NCBI GenBank assembly: GCA_041652475.1
Contig: JBAZHG010000001.1
Span: 8,161 to 72,160, forward strand
Source of the DNA: Bacilli bacterium
Lineage (GTDB): Bacteria; Bacillota_I; Bacilli_A; RFN20; CAG-826
DNA: 64,000 nt
Direction: 5' to 3'
The translations under genes and the position numbers were made by a program. The notes below the pieces were generated by a model. It did not search any database, was not told the DNA's origin, and was given only the letters and a program-made list of their open reading frames with translations. How positions within the stretch are numbered: position 1 is the stretch's first letter; each line of letters starts with the position of its first letter. This document shows positions 1 through 11,771 of the stretch, piece by piece.

Positions 1-1182
1 GATGATGCCCAAAATCCCGAGGCCGGCGAAAATCCAACCCCAGTAATAAGACCACAGGTTATCCATGATGTAGTTGGGATCGCGGAGCGGTTCCATGACG
101 ACGCGGGTCAATCCGTACCAAATCGGGTATACGAGCGCCAAATCGCCGGGAATGATATATTTCTTCAATCCCTTGCCGATGGCGAAGCGGATCACGAGGT
201 AGCCCAAGATGTTGATAATGCTTTCGATTAGGAATAGTGGAACGCGGAATTGCCCGGCGATGGTCATCTGCTCTTTGATGAAAGTCGGCAGGAACGACCA
301 ATCGGCGACGTTGGCCACGGCGCCGTAAACCTCTTGGTTGAAAAAGTTGCCCCAACGCCCAATCCCCTGGGCGACCAGGATGACGGGCACCCCGATGTCG
401 GCCGCGTGCCGCAGGGTAATATCCTTCCGCCTGAAGACGATGAAGAGGATGCCGGCCAAAGCCCCGAACAAGGCCCCGCCCATGATAGCCAAACCGCCTT
501 CCCAGGTGGCGAACACCTTCCAAAACGGCTCTCCGGCGAATTCAGTTTCCCATTGGCCGATGACATACCATATCCGGGCTCCGATGACGCCGGCCGGAAA
601 GGCGACGTAAAAGATGTTTTCAGCATAACCTTTGCGGTAACCTTCGCTTTGAAGCTGGAGGTCGGCCATGAAATAGACGAGCACGGCTCCCGACAGGATG
701 AACAGAGCATAGAACGTCACGATCGGATCATCGAAAGGTATCCCTTTCGGCAGCGGGAAGGTCGTGATGGGGACCAAACCTTCGGTCATCACCCAGAAGG
801 CCACGATCAGCGGCAGAATCGAAAAGAGCATCGAAACCAAAACCAGCGGCTTGTAGCGCGGGTCGAGGTCTTTTTTGTAGTTATAAAGGGCAAAGGAGGA
901 ATAAATCCATTCAAAGAAGAATAAGGTCAAGAAACCGCCAAAGGCGGCTTGAAGAACCGGTTCGGCGTCCAGGGCCGGGACATGGTTCAAGGTCGCCCCC
1001 AGCAGGCAGAGGGCCAACCCGAGTGAGCCAAGGCCCATCCAACCGAGGTGGCTCAATAGGATCTTCTTGTAATTTTGGGTCACCTTCAAATCCAATTTGA
1101 GGAAGCGGCTGACCGAGCGGATGAACATCACGAGTCCGCCGAGGGCGACGAGGGCCCCGATATAGACAAAAGCTAAGAACAT
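1..1182 (-). CDS. lgt: Prolipoprotein diacylglyceryl transferase (Lgt) with an extra N-terminal membrane domain. The 3' partial gene runs off the window start.
   Basis: Manual minus-strand translation from ATG 1180-1182 (SD AAAGGAGAA upstream) gives MFLAFVYIGALVALGGLVMFIRSV... The Lgt signature G-R-W-G-N-F-F-N-Q-E lies in frame around 337-372. The frame is open to position 1. The ORF is absent from the ORF track because it has no in-window end. Confidence 0.8.
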   Translation of the reverse strand, partial: MFLAFVYIGALVALGGLVMFIRSVSRFLKLDLKVTQNYKKILLSHLGWMGLGSLGLALCLLGATLNHVPALDAEPVLQAAFGGFLTLFFFEWIYSSFALYNYKKDLDPRYKPLVLVSMLFSILPLIVAFWVMTEGLVPITTFPLPKGIPFDDPIVTFYALFILSGAVLVYFMADLQLQSEGYRKGYAENIFYVAFPAGVIGARIWYVIGQWETEFAGEPFWKVFATWEGGLAIMGGALFGALAGILFIVFRRKDITLRHAADIGVPVILVAQGIGRWGNFFNQEVYGAVANVADWSFLPTFIKEQMTIAGQFRVPLFLIESIINILGYLVIRFAIGKGLKKYIIPGDLALVYPIWYGLTRVVMEPLRDPNYIMDNLWSYYWGWIFAGLGILGII

Positions 1183-1196
1183 GGGTTGATTCTCCT

Positions 1197-4052
1197 TTAT
1201 GAATTGGTTTTCTTGCGACGGCAATCGAGTTCTAGGACCGGCTTAAGGTAGCGACCGGTATACGACTTCTCGACTTTGACGATGTCTTCCGGGGTCCCGG
1301 TGGCGACGATGGTGCCGCCCCGATGGCCGCCTTCAGGGCCTAAATCGATGATATAATCGGCCACTTTGATGACATCGAGGTTGTGTTCGATCACGATGAC
1401 GCTGTCGCCGTGGTTGACGATTGACCGGAGGACGTCCAACAAATGGGCGACGTCGTCGGTATGAAGACCGGTGGTCGGCTCGTCAAGGATGTAAAGCGTC
1501 TTGCCGGTGGCCCGTTTTTGCAGTTCAAACGCCAATTTGACCCGTTGGGCCTCGCCCCCGGAGATGGTCGTGGCCGGTTGCCCCAGCTTCATGTAGCCCA
1601 AACCGACGTTGAAGAGCGTTTGGAGCTTCCGTTTCAGCCTGGGCCGATTTTCGAAAAAGCCCAGGGCTTCTTCAACCGTCATCTCAAGCACGTCGTGGAT
1701 GTTTTTCCCTTTATAGGTGACTTGAAGCGTTTCTTCGTTATAGCGCTTGCCGTCGCATTCCTCGCATTTGACGTAGACGTCGGGCAGGAAATTCATCGGG
1801 ATGCGCTTGACCCCGTCGCCCTGGCAGTGTTCGCAGCGCCCGCCCGGGATGTTGAACGAAAAACGGCTCTTGGAAAAGCCGCGCGACTTGGCTTCGATCG
1901 TCTCCGAAAAGAGGTCGCGGATGTCGTCGAAGACCTTGGTGTAGGTGGCTGGGTTGCTGCGCGGAGTCCGGCCGATCGGATCTTGGGAAATGTCGATGCA
2001 TTTATCGATATTCTCAAGGCCTTTGATGGCGTCATGAGCCCCGGGATAGGTCGCCGTCTTCTTGAATTGCTGTTCGATGGCTTTGAACAAAATCTCGGTG
2101 ATGAGCGACGATTTTCCGGATCCGGACACCCCGGTCACGGCCACGAATAGACCGAGGGGGATCTTCACGTCGATGTTTTTGAGGTTGTTGCAGCGGGCTC
2201 CGAATATCTCGATGAACATTCCGTTGCCCTTGAGGCGCGCCGGCGGGCACGATATGTATTTGCGGCCGGCCAGGTAATCGCCGGTGATCGAGCGCGGGCT
2301 CGCGATGATGTCTTCCAGTTGGCCGACGGCGACGACTTCCCCGCCGTGCTGGCCGGCCCCCGGGCCGATGTCGACGATGTAGTCGGCCGAACGAATCGTT
2401 TCTTCGTCATGTTCGACCACGATCAGGGTGTTACCGATGTCGCGCATCTGGCGCAGGGTTTCGATCAGGCGGCGGTTGTCGCGCTGATGGAGGCCGATGC
2501 TCGGTTCGTCGAGAACGTACAAAACGCCGCTTAGCTGCGAGCCGATCTGGGTGGCCAGCCGGATCCGTTGGGCTTCCCCGCCGGACAAGGTCATGGCCAG
2601 GCGCGATAAAGTCAAATAATCCAAGCCGACGTTGATGAGGAATTCGGCGCGATGCTGGATTTCCTTAAGGACCATTCGGCCGATTTCTTGCTCGGAAGCG
2701 GTCAATTTGCCCGGCAAGGCGACAATCCAATCCCGGAGTTCGGTGATCGGGGCGGCAGTCACTTCGTAAATGTTGTGTCCGTCGATCAAAACGGCTAAAG
2801 CCTTGGGGTTGAGCCGGGCGCCGCCGCAGGTGGTGCAAATGGTGTCGCGGAGGAATTTTTCATAGTATTCGCGCATGAAGTCGCTCGTCGTCTCCCGGTA
2901 GAGCCGTTCGACCCGTTTTTTGACGCCTTCGATGAAATTGTAGCGATGGTTGAGATTGCCCGAGGACGATTTAAGGACGTAACGGTGCATCTTCGGGGAT
3001 CCTTCGAAAAGAATCGTCCGTTGTTCGGCGGTCAATTCCTTGAAAGGAACGTTCAGCGGGATATCGTACTCATGGCACAGGTAAGCGAAATCCTGCCATT
3101 CGAGGTTGGTGGTCCCGACCGTGTTCTTGTAGTATTCGATTGCCCCTTGGTTAATGGATAGATCCTGATTGGGTACCAGAAGGTCGGGATCGGCCTCGCG
3201 TTTGAACCCAAGCCCGTTGCAATCGGGGCAATACCCAAGCGGGGCGTTGAAGGAAAAGAGCCGCGGTTCCAATTTCGGGACCGAAAAACCGCAATACTTG
3301 CAGGAATGATGTTGGCTGAAGAGCCGCTCGGCGTCGTTGATCAAGATGGTGACATAGCCGTGGCCCCAGTCAAGCGCCAGTTCAAGGGCGTCGAAAAGAC
3401 GTGACCGGACATCGTCTTTTAAAACGATTCGGTCAATCACGATGTCGAGGCGATGTTTCTTGTTCTTGTCGAGCTCGCCCACCTCCTCGATGCGGAGTTG
3501 GCTCCCGTCGACCCGCAGGCGCTCGAAGCCTTGGGTTTTGATCTTGGCGATGGTGTCCTTATGGGTCCCTTTCTCGTCGCTGACGACCGGGGCCAACACC
3601 TGAATGCGGCTGTTGGGTTCCGCTTCTAGGATGATGGAGGCCATCTGCGAGGGCGAAAAGGCGATGATCGGTTCGTGGTGGATCGGGCAGTAGGGGACGC
3701 CGACCCGGGCGAAGAGCAGCCTCAGGTAATCATATATTTCGGTCACCGTGCCGACGGTGGACCGGGGATTGTGCGAGGTCGTTTTTTGGTCGATGGAAAT
3801 GGCCGGCGACAAACCTTCGATCGATTCGACGTCGGGTTTTTCAAAGTTGCCCAAAAACTGCCGCGCGTAACTCGACAGCGATTCGACGTAACGGCGTTGC
3901 CCTTCCATGTAGATGGTGTCGAAGGCCAGGGTCGTCTTGCCGCTTCCGGAGAGACCGGTAAAGACGATTAATTGGTCTTTGGGCAGCTCGACGTCGATGT
4001 TCTTCAGGTTGTTCTCGCGGGCGCCTTTGATGACGATTTTCTTATTGTCCAA
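1197..4052 (-). CDS. uvrA: Excinuclease ABC subunit A
   Basis: 951 aa with two ABC ATPase modules (GLSGSGKT/GVSGSGKS Walker A, LSGGEAQR signatures) and zinc-finger cysteines. The start codon appears to be TTG (plus-strand complement at 4050-4052). Confidence 0.95.
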   Translation of the reverse strand: MDNKKIVIKGARENNLKNIDVELPKDQLIVFTGLSGSGKTTLAFDTIYMEGQRRYVESLSSYARQFLGNFEKPDVESIEGLSPAISIDQKTTSHNPRSTVGTVTEIYDYLRLLFARVGVPYCPIHHEPIIAFSPSQMASIILEAEPNSRIQVLAPVVSDEKGTHKDTIAKIKTQGFERLRVDGSQLRIEEVGELDKNKKHRLDIVIDRIVLKDDVRSRLFDALELALDWGHGYVTILINDAERLFSQHHSCKYCGFSVPKLEPRLFSFNAPLGYCPDCNGLGFKREADPDLLVPNQDLSINQGAIEYYKNTVGTTNLEWQDFAYLCHEYDIPLNVPFKELTAEQRTILFEGSPKMHRYVLKSSSGNLNHRYNFIEGVKKRVERLYRETTSDFMREYYEKFLRDTICTTCGGARLNPKALAVLIDGHNIYEVTAAPITELRDWIVALPGKLTASEQEIGRMVLKEIQHRAEFLINVGLDYLTLSRLAMTLSGGEAQRIRLATQIGSQLSGVLYVLDEPSIGLHQRDNRRLIETLRQMRDIGNTLIVVEHDEETIRSADYIVDIGPGAGQHGGEVVAVGQLEDIIASPRSITGDYLAGRKYISCPPARLKGNGMFIEIFGARCNNLKNIDVKIPLGLFVAVTGVSGSGKSSLITEILFKAIEQQFKKTATYPGAHDAIKGLENIDKCIDISQDPIGRTPRSNPATYTKVFDDIRDLFSETIEAKSRGFSKSRFSFNIPGGRCEHCQGDGVKRIPMNFLPDVYVKCEECDGKRYNEETLQVTYKGKNIHDVLEMTVEEALGFFENRPRLKRKLQTLFNVGLGYMKLGQPATTISGGEAQRVKLAFELQKRATGKTLYILDEPTTGLHTDDVAHLLDVLRSIVNHGDSVIVIEHNLDVIKVADYIIDLGPEGGHRGGTIVATGTPEDIVKVEKSYTGRYLKPVLELDCRRKKTNS

Positions 4053-4054
4053 TT

Positions 4055-4098
4055 AAAAAACCTCAGGTTATCATTATATGATAATTGAGGTTCTTTTT
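4055..4098. terminator. Bidirectional rho-independent terminator between the anti-sigma gene and uvrA
   Basis: Imperfect inverted repeat cctcaggttatcat..atgataattgagg, flanked by an A-run on one side and a T-run on the other. Confidence 0.6.
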
Positions 4099-4116
4099 GT
4101 AGGTTGTCGCTTATTA

Positions 4117-6204
4117 TTAGTCAATCAGGATCGGCAGCGGGTCGACCATCAAGTCGACCGAAGCCACCTGGGCATAATCTTCATCCATGTCATGGGCGGT
4201 GACCGCCATGTCGCTGACGGCGAAGAGATACGATCCGATGTAGACCGCTCGGGTGATGCTGGCCGACCAGTAAGAGAAGTAACCGTACCGATCGACGAGT
4301 TCGTCTTGATGCTCGATCGCGAAGCCGCTGTGGCTGATCACGGCCTCAATCGTAATCGGGGTCTCCGAGCTCGGATCGACGTTGAAGACATAGTAATTGT
4401 CAAGATAGATCCAATCATAAGCCACGCCATAGTAGTAGCTGGAAATGCTGAATCCGAGCAACCCGAGTTCGATGTCGACCAGCAGGGCCTTGTGGTTATA
4501 TAACGCCTCGCTCCACTGCCAGCCGTAATCTTCGTTCCACAACACGAGCGGTTCCCCGACGACGACGGGATTTTCTAAATCGCTGACGTCGAACAAGGTG
4601 AGTTTGAGCCCGAAGACATCGTTACCTTCGGATTCATAGCCTATCCCCAAAATCAAATTGGGCGCCCACACGTGTTGATAGGTGGCATAGCCGCTGACCT
4701 TAAGTCCGGCTTCGATCGTCGGATGGAGCGGATCGGACAAATCGACCGTGTACAACGGGTCGGTGATTTCGTAGGTCACAATCGTGGCCGCGTCTTCGTT
4801 GAAGCGGACCGACCTCACCGTTTCGCCCGGTTCTCCAATCCCTTCGTCGATGAGGGCGACTTGAGTCAGAAAACGTTTTTCATCAATGGTTTGGCGCTCG
4901 TAGACATAGAGGCGGTTCTTGGCGGAACTGCCCCAGCCATCGGTGGTCACCATCCGGAGATAGCCGTCGTATTCGTCGATGGCAAATTGATTCAAGACCC
5001 AGCCTTTATAGGTGCCGGCCCCGCCGAAGGTGACCGTCCCGTCTTCTTCAAAGAGGTACGACATCAAGAGGCCGTTATAGCCGTAGCTGTCCCCGATGAC
5101 GCTGTAATAGTAATAATAGCTGGCCAGGTAGATGGCTTGATGGCTCACGTAAACGATGCCCCAACTGGCGTTTCCAAGGAAGATGTCGAGCCCCAAGGCT
5201 TCCGAATTGATTTCTTGGTCCAGGAAGATCGTCGCGATGATAGTGAAGGTTTCGGTCGGGAGCGATTCCATGTACTTGATGTCGGAAAACTCCGGCACGA
5301 TCACTTCTTCGTCGACGCGGAAAACCGGCCGCGGATCATCGTCTTCGTCGACGAAATAGGGTTGATGGTTCGAGATGATATACAAGCGTTCACCAATCAT
5401 CCGGGTGGTGAGATAGTAGCCGTTAAGTTCAATCTCATGGGCTAGTTCCAAATCGTCGAGATTATACAAATAAACCATGGTCTGGGGGATGCCCCAGTAG
5501 TAGCATAGGCAATCGATCGCGGCTTCGCCGTCTTGGTATTCGTAGGTGAAGATCTCGTAACGTTGCCCGATGACCACCAAATAGTCTTCACTTAAGTAAA
5601 TGTCCGAAAAATAGGTATAGCTCCCTTCGTCTCGAAGCGAGTCCATCGATTGATCGAGGATGACTTCCATCTGTCCTTCCTCGAGGACGTCGATAACTTG
5701 GAGACGGTTATAGGAAATCTTGTAGATGCGGTCGTCGTCGACTTTGATGATGTCGCCCTCGTCGACGCCCTCGACTTGGACGTTGGTCTCCGAGTGGCCC
5801 GAACCTTCATTATCCCCCTGATCGTCGGCCGGGCTTTCAGTGGTCGCGAGAGAACTACCGTCGGTGTTATACCCGACTTCGGGGACGCCGCTCCGCCACG
5901 AGTAACTGTCAATCAAATCGCGGAGCTGATCGACGTCTTGGACTTGGGCTAAGCCGTAATCATTTGGGTTGCGGTTGTCCTTGTAGTCGGATATGATCAC
6001 CGCGCCGATGGCAAGCGAAGCCGCCAGGGCGGTCAAAAGGCTCCCGCCTTTCCAAACAAGCGGCCGCCATTTCGGGGTCCGTTTGGGACTGGGGGTGCCC
6101 GTCGGGGTCGTGAAAACGAGTTTGTTTGAGAAATCGAAATCCGGGGTTCGATCTTGGAAATAGGCGCGACCTTGCTCTTTGATTTCTTTCTTGAAGTTCT
6201 TCAT
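4117..6204 (-). CDS. Membrane-anchored anti-sigma factor with a large extracytoplasmic beta-propeller-type domain (Beta_propel/PF09826-like)
   Basis: 695 aa. A short cytoplasmic N-terminus is followed by a single TM (LLTALAASLAIGAVIIS) and a long aromatic/Tyr-rich repetitive ectodomain (YYYYYS, GYYL, YGW...). The gene starts 2 nt after the ECF sigma stop and has an AGGAGG SD. Confidence 0.7.
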   Translation of the reverse strand: MKNFKKEIKEQGRAYFQDRTPDFDFSNKLVFTTPTGTPSPKRTPKWRPLVWKGGSLLTALAASLAIGAVIISDYKDNRNPNDYGLAQVQDVDQLRDLIDSYSWRSGVPEVGYNTDGSSLATTESPADDQGDNEGSGHSETNVQVEGVDEGDIIKVDDDRIYKISYNRLQVIDVLEEGQMEVILDQSMDSLRDEGSYTYFSDIYLSEDYLVVIGQRYEIFTYEYQDGEAAIDCLCYYWGIPQTMVYLYNLDDLELAHEIELNGYYLTTRMIGERLYIISNHQPYFVDEDDDPRPVFRVDEEVIVPEFSDIKYMESLPTETFTIIATIFLDQEINSEALGLDIFLGNASWGIVYVSHQAIYLASYYYYYSVIGDSYGYNGLLMSYLFEEDGTVTFGGAGTYKGWVLNQFAIDEYDGYLRMVTTDGWGSSAKNRLYVYERQTIDEKRFLTQVALIDEGIGEPGETVRSVRFNEDAATIVTYEITDPLYTVDLSDPLHPTIEAGLKVSGYATYQHVWAPNLILGIGYESEGNDVFGLKLTLFDVSDLENPVVVGEPLVLWNEDYGWQWSEALYNHKALLVDIELGLLGFSISSYYYGVAYDWIYLDNYYVFNVDPSSETPITIEAVISHSGFAIEHQDELVDRYGYFSYWSASITRAVYIGSYLFAVSDMAVTAHDMDEDYAQVASVDLMVDPLPILID

Positions 6205-6205
6205 G

Positions 6206-6724
6206 TCATTGTCCTCCGCTCTGGTTGTACCAGGCTTTTAATGTCTTGAGGGCTTCGCGGTAATCGCGGTGGACGCTGGTCAAGGGTTCTTGAAGCAGCG
6301 CGGCGATTTCCTTGAAGGTCAACTCATAGACAAGGCGGTAGGCGATGACGAGGTTTTCTTTCTCGCTGAGGCAGCTTTGCCACAGGCTGATGAAGTTCGT
6401 CGGGACATCACTTTTTCCAATTTGGTCCCAGGCTTCCGGATCAAGCGTCGTCTCGGGCGGTTGTTTGAGGCGGTTTATGGCCCCGTTGCGCGCGATACGG
6501 ATAATCCAACCATGGAAGGCACTCGGATTTCGGAGCGACTTTGCTTCGGTGAATACCTTGATGAAGGTGTCCTGAAGCAGGTCTTCGCTCGTCTGGGGAT
6601 GCTTCGTGATCGAGAAGACGATCACGTAGAGCAGATCCCGGTAGTGATGATAGACTTCATTGAAAGCCGTCTCATCGCCCGCTTGAAGGTTGAAGATTGT
6701 CGAATCCGGCAGACGTTTGAACAT
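6206..6724 (-). CDS. ECF-type RNA polymerase sigma-70 factor
   Basis: 172 aa with sigma region 2 (YRDLLYVIVFSITKH..DLLQDTFIKVF) and region 4 HTH (LTFKEIAALLQEPLTSVHRDYREAL). Confidence 0.9.
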   Translation of the reverse strand: MFKRLPDSTIFNLQAGDETAFNEVYHHYRDLLYVIVFSITKHPQTSEDLLQDTFIKVFTEAKSLRNPSAFHGWIIRIARNGAINRLKQPPETTLDPEAWDQIGKSDVPTNFISLWQSCLSEKENLVIAYRLVYELTFKEIAALLQEPLTSVHRDYREALKTLKAWYNQSGGQ

Positions 6725-6752
6725 CGAGATTCCTTTCGACCTTCACTAATAA

Positions 6753-6779
6753 AGACAAATGAAGGGCTGCATTTTTTCC
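6753..6779 (-). promoter_or_regulatory. Possible autoregulated ECF-type promoter (GGAAAA-N17-GTCT) upstream of the sigma/anti-sigma operon
   Basis: Minus-strand reading shows GGAAAA(6779-6774)-17 nt-GTCT(6756-6753), about 25 nt upstream of the ATG at 6724. Identified by motif resemblance only. Confidence 0.3.
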
Positions 6780-6849
6780 AAATCACGTGAATATTTCTAT
6801 TATAGTTTCTTTGTCCACCGATGGGCAAGGCAACCGGGACTCGATTATC

Positions 6850-6878
6850 TTGCAAAAATGCTTCATATCGCTATAATT
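6850..6878 (+). promoter_or_regulatory. Sigma-70 promoter for tRNA-Pro (TTGCAA-17-TATAAT)
   Basis: The -35 TTGCAA sits at 6850-6855 and the -10 TATAAT at 6873-6878. The tRNA 5' end lies about 10 nt downstream. Confidence 0.6.
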
Positions 6879-6887
6879 AATACGAGT

Positions 6888-6964
6888 CGGGACGTAGCAC
6901 AGCTTGGTAGTGCACTACCTTGGGGTGGTAGGGGTCATGAGTTCAAATCTCATCGTTCCGACCA
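6888..6964 (+). tRNA. tRNA-Pro (anticodon GGG), CCA encoded
   Basis: Manual cloverleaf. Acceptor CGGGACG/CGTTCCG (one G-U pair); D arm GCAC-AGCTTGGTA-GTGC; anticodon stem CTACC/GGTAG with loop TTGGGGT (anticodon GGG); T arm ATGAG-TTCAAAT-CTCAT; discriminator A followed by CCA. Confidence 0.85.
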
Positions 6965-6976
6965 TGATGTAAATTC

Positions 6977-7000
6977 AGCCCTTTCGAGGGCTTTTTGTTT
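6977..7000 (+). terminator. Rho-independent terminator after tRNA-Pro
   Basis: Hairpin agccct-ttcg-agggct followed by TTTTTGTTT. Confidence 0.7.
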
Positions 7001-7043
7001 GCGAGTCTTTTCATTAATTGATTAATGACGATATAATGACTTT

Positions 7044-7397
7044 ATGAATAATGTGAAACCCATAATAAATCGAAGAAAGAAACGCGAATTCGAAGACCGA
7101 TTAATCAAACTGGTGGCCATTACTTTGGTTTATTTGACCGGAATTGGCCTATTGATATGGGCCATTATCGCCAATGATTTTTGGTTGTGGTTGCTTCTTG
7201 TGCCTTTGGCTTTTGTTTTCTCGACTTTCTTTCCCGTCTTGTGGATTAAAACCTTGAAACGATCGTTGACTTCAAATGATCTCATTAACGTCATCTTGAT
7301 GATCTTTGGCACAATCGTGATGCCCTTTGTGATTGTAATCGAGTTTGTTCGTTTAAAACAGGATTATGACGATTATAAGGTCACGCTCCAGGAATAA
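7044..7397 (+). CDS. Small 3-TM membrane protein of unknown function, in a locally AT-rich segment
   Basis: 117 aa, hydrophobic (LVAITLVYLTGIGLLIWAIIAN.., LLLVPLAFVFSTFFPVLWI, VILMIFGTIVMPFVIVIEF). It is one of only three real plus-strand genes in the window. A TATAAT -10 sits 6 nt before the ATG with no SD. Confidence 0.6.
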   Translation: MNNVKPIINRRKKREFEDRLIKLVAITLVYLTGIGLLIWAIIANDFWLWLLLVPLAFVFSTFFPVLWIKTLKRSLTSNDLINVILMIFGTIVMPFVIVIEFVRLKQDYDDYKVTLQE

Positions 7398-7403
7398 ATA
7401 AAG

Positions 7404-7441
7404 AAAAAACCGTGAAATGCTCGGCAAATCGCGGTTTTTTT
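7404..7441. terminator. Bidirectional terminator between the convergent small membrane gene and nifJ
   Basis: aaaaaaccg..(loop)..cggttttttt, with an A-run on one side and a T-run on the other. Confidence 0.55.
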
Positions 7442-7456
7442 GTAATTGGGTAAGTA

Positions 7457-11006
<3,550 letters not shown>

Positions 11007-11082
11007 AAAACCTTCATTAGTATAACTAATACTAATGGCTTTCTCAATATTGGGTTTTGGCTATCGACCATGCGGTCGGGGG

Positions 11083-11523
11083 TTATTTCTTCTTGCGGGC
11101 CAGCCGGCGGATGCGCAGTTCCTCGGCGGCGATGCGTTTAAGAAGCCGCAAGTCGGGGTCGGATAGCACGTGGGACTTGTCGACGATGCCGTCGAAGGTC
11201 ATCTTGTCATAGACGAATTCGACGACGTTGGCGTATGGAAGCGGCTTTTTGGTCGCTTCGGTATTTTTCTTCTCATTGACGCTTTTGCCGGCGCCTTTCA
11301 AGAAGGTTTCAAGATCGGGAAGCAATTCCTTGAGATCGAAGGAATAGTCCATGGTGGCAATCGGGTTGAAAAAGGCGGCCGCCTCCTGGATCGTTTCCGG
11401 CAGGAGGCCGATTTGGTGCGAAAGGGCCTCGGCCGTCAAATACTTGGCTTTGCTGCCTTTGATGCCCGCGTAGAGTTTTTGAATCGTCTTCAAAGAAGGT
11501 TTGTTCATCCTAAACATAATCAT
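11083..11523 (-). CDS. Hypothetical protein (about 146 aa)
   Basis: ORF with an SD-like GGCGGTGA upstream. A possible HTH-like segment (LTAEALSHQIGLLPETIQEAAAFF) and a basic C-terminus (RIRRLARKKK). No family recognised. Confidence 0.5.
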   Translation of the reverse strand: MIMFRMNKPSLKTIQKLYAGIKGSKAKYLTAEALSHQIGLLPETIQEAAAFFNPIATMDYSFDLKELLPDLETFLKGAGKSVNEKKNTEATKKPLPYANVVEFVYDKMTFDGIVDKSHVLSDPDLRLLKRIAAEELRIRRLARKKK

Positions 11524-11552
11524 AACATCACCGCCTTCATTTACAATACGTA

Positions 11553-11579
11553 AAGAAAAACCTCCCGCATGGGGAGGCG
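11553..11579 (-). terminator. Rho-independent terminator downstream of tRNA-Lys
   Basis: Hairpin cctccc-gcat-gggagg, followed on the minus strand by TTTTTCTTT. Confidence 0.7.
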
Positions 11580-11589
11580 TCGATCGAAC

Positions 11590-11665
<76 letters not shown>

Positions 11666-11676
11666 ACGCGCCGATT

Positions 11677-11705
11677 AGTTTACAACAAACTGGCCCCGGT
11701 ATCAA
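11677..11705 (-). promoter_or_regulatory. Sigma-70 promoter for tRNA-Lys (TTGATA-17-TAAACT)
   Basis: The minus strand reads TTGATAccggggccagtttgttgTAAACT about 10 nt upstream of the tRNA 5' end. Confidence 0.5.
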
Positions 11706-11724
11706 GGATTAACCGCGCAATGGC

Positions 11725-11751
11725 AAAGAAAAGCCCGTCATTCGACGGGCT
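11725..11751 (-). terminator. Rho-independent terminator after the lipoprotein gene
   Basis: Hairpin agcccgtc-attc-gacgggct, followed on the minus strand by TTTTCTTT. Confidence 0.7.
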
Positions 11752-11771
11752 GATCAGTTTGATGCTGTGCT

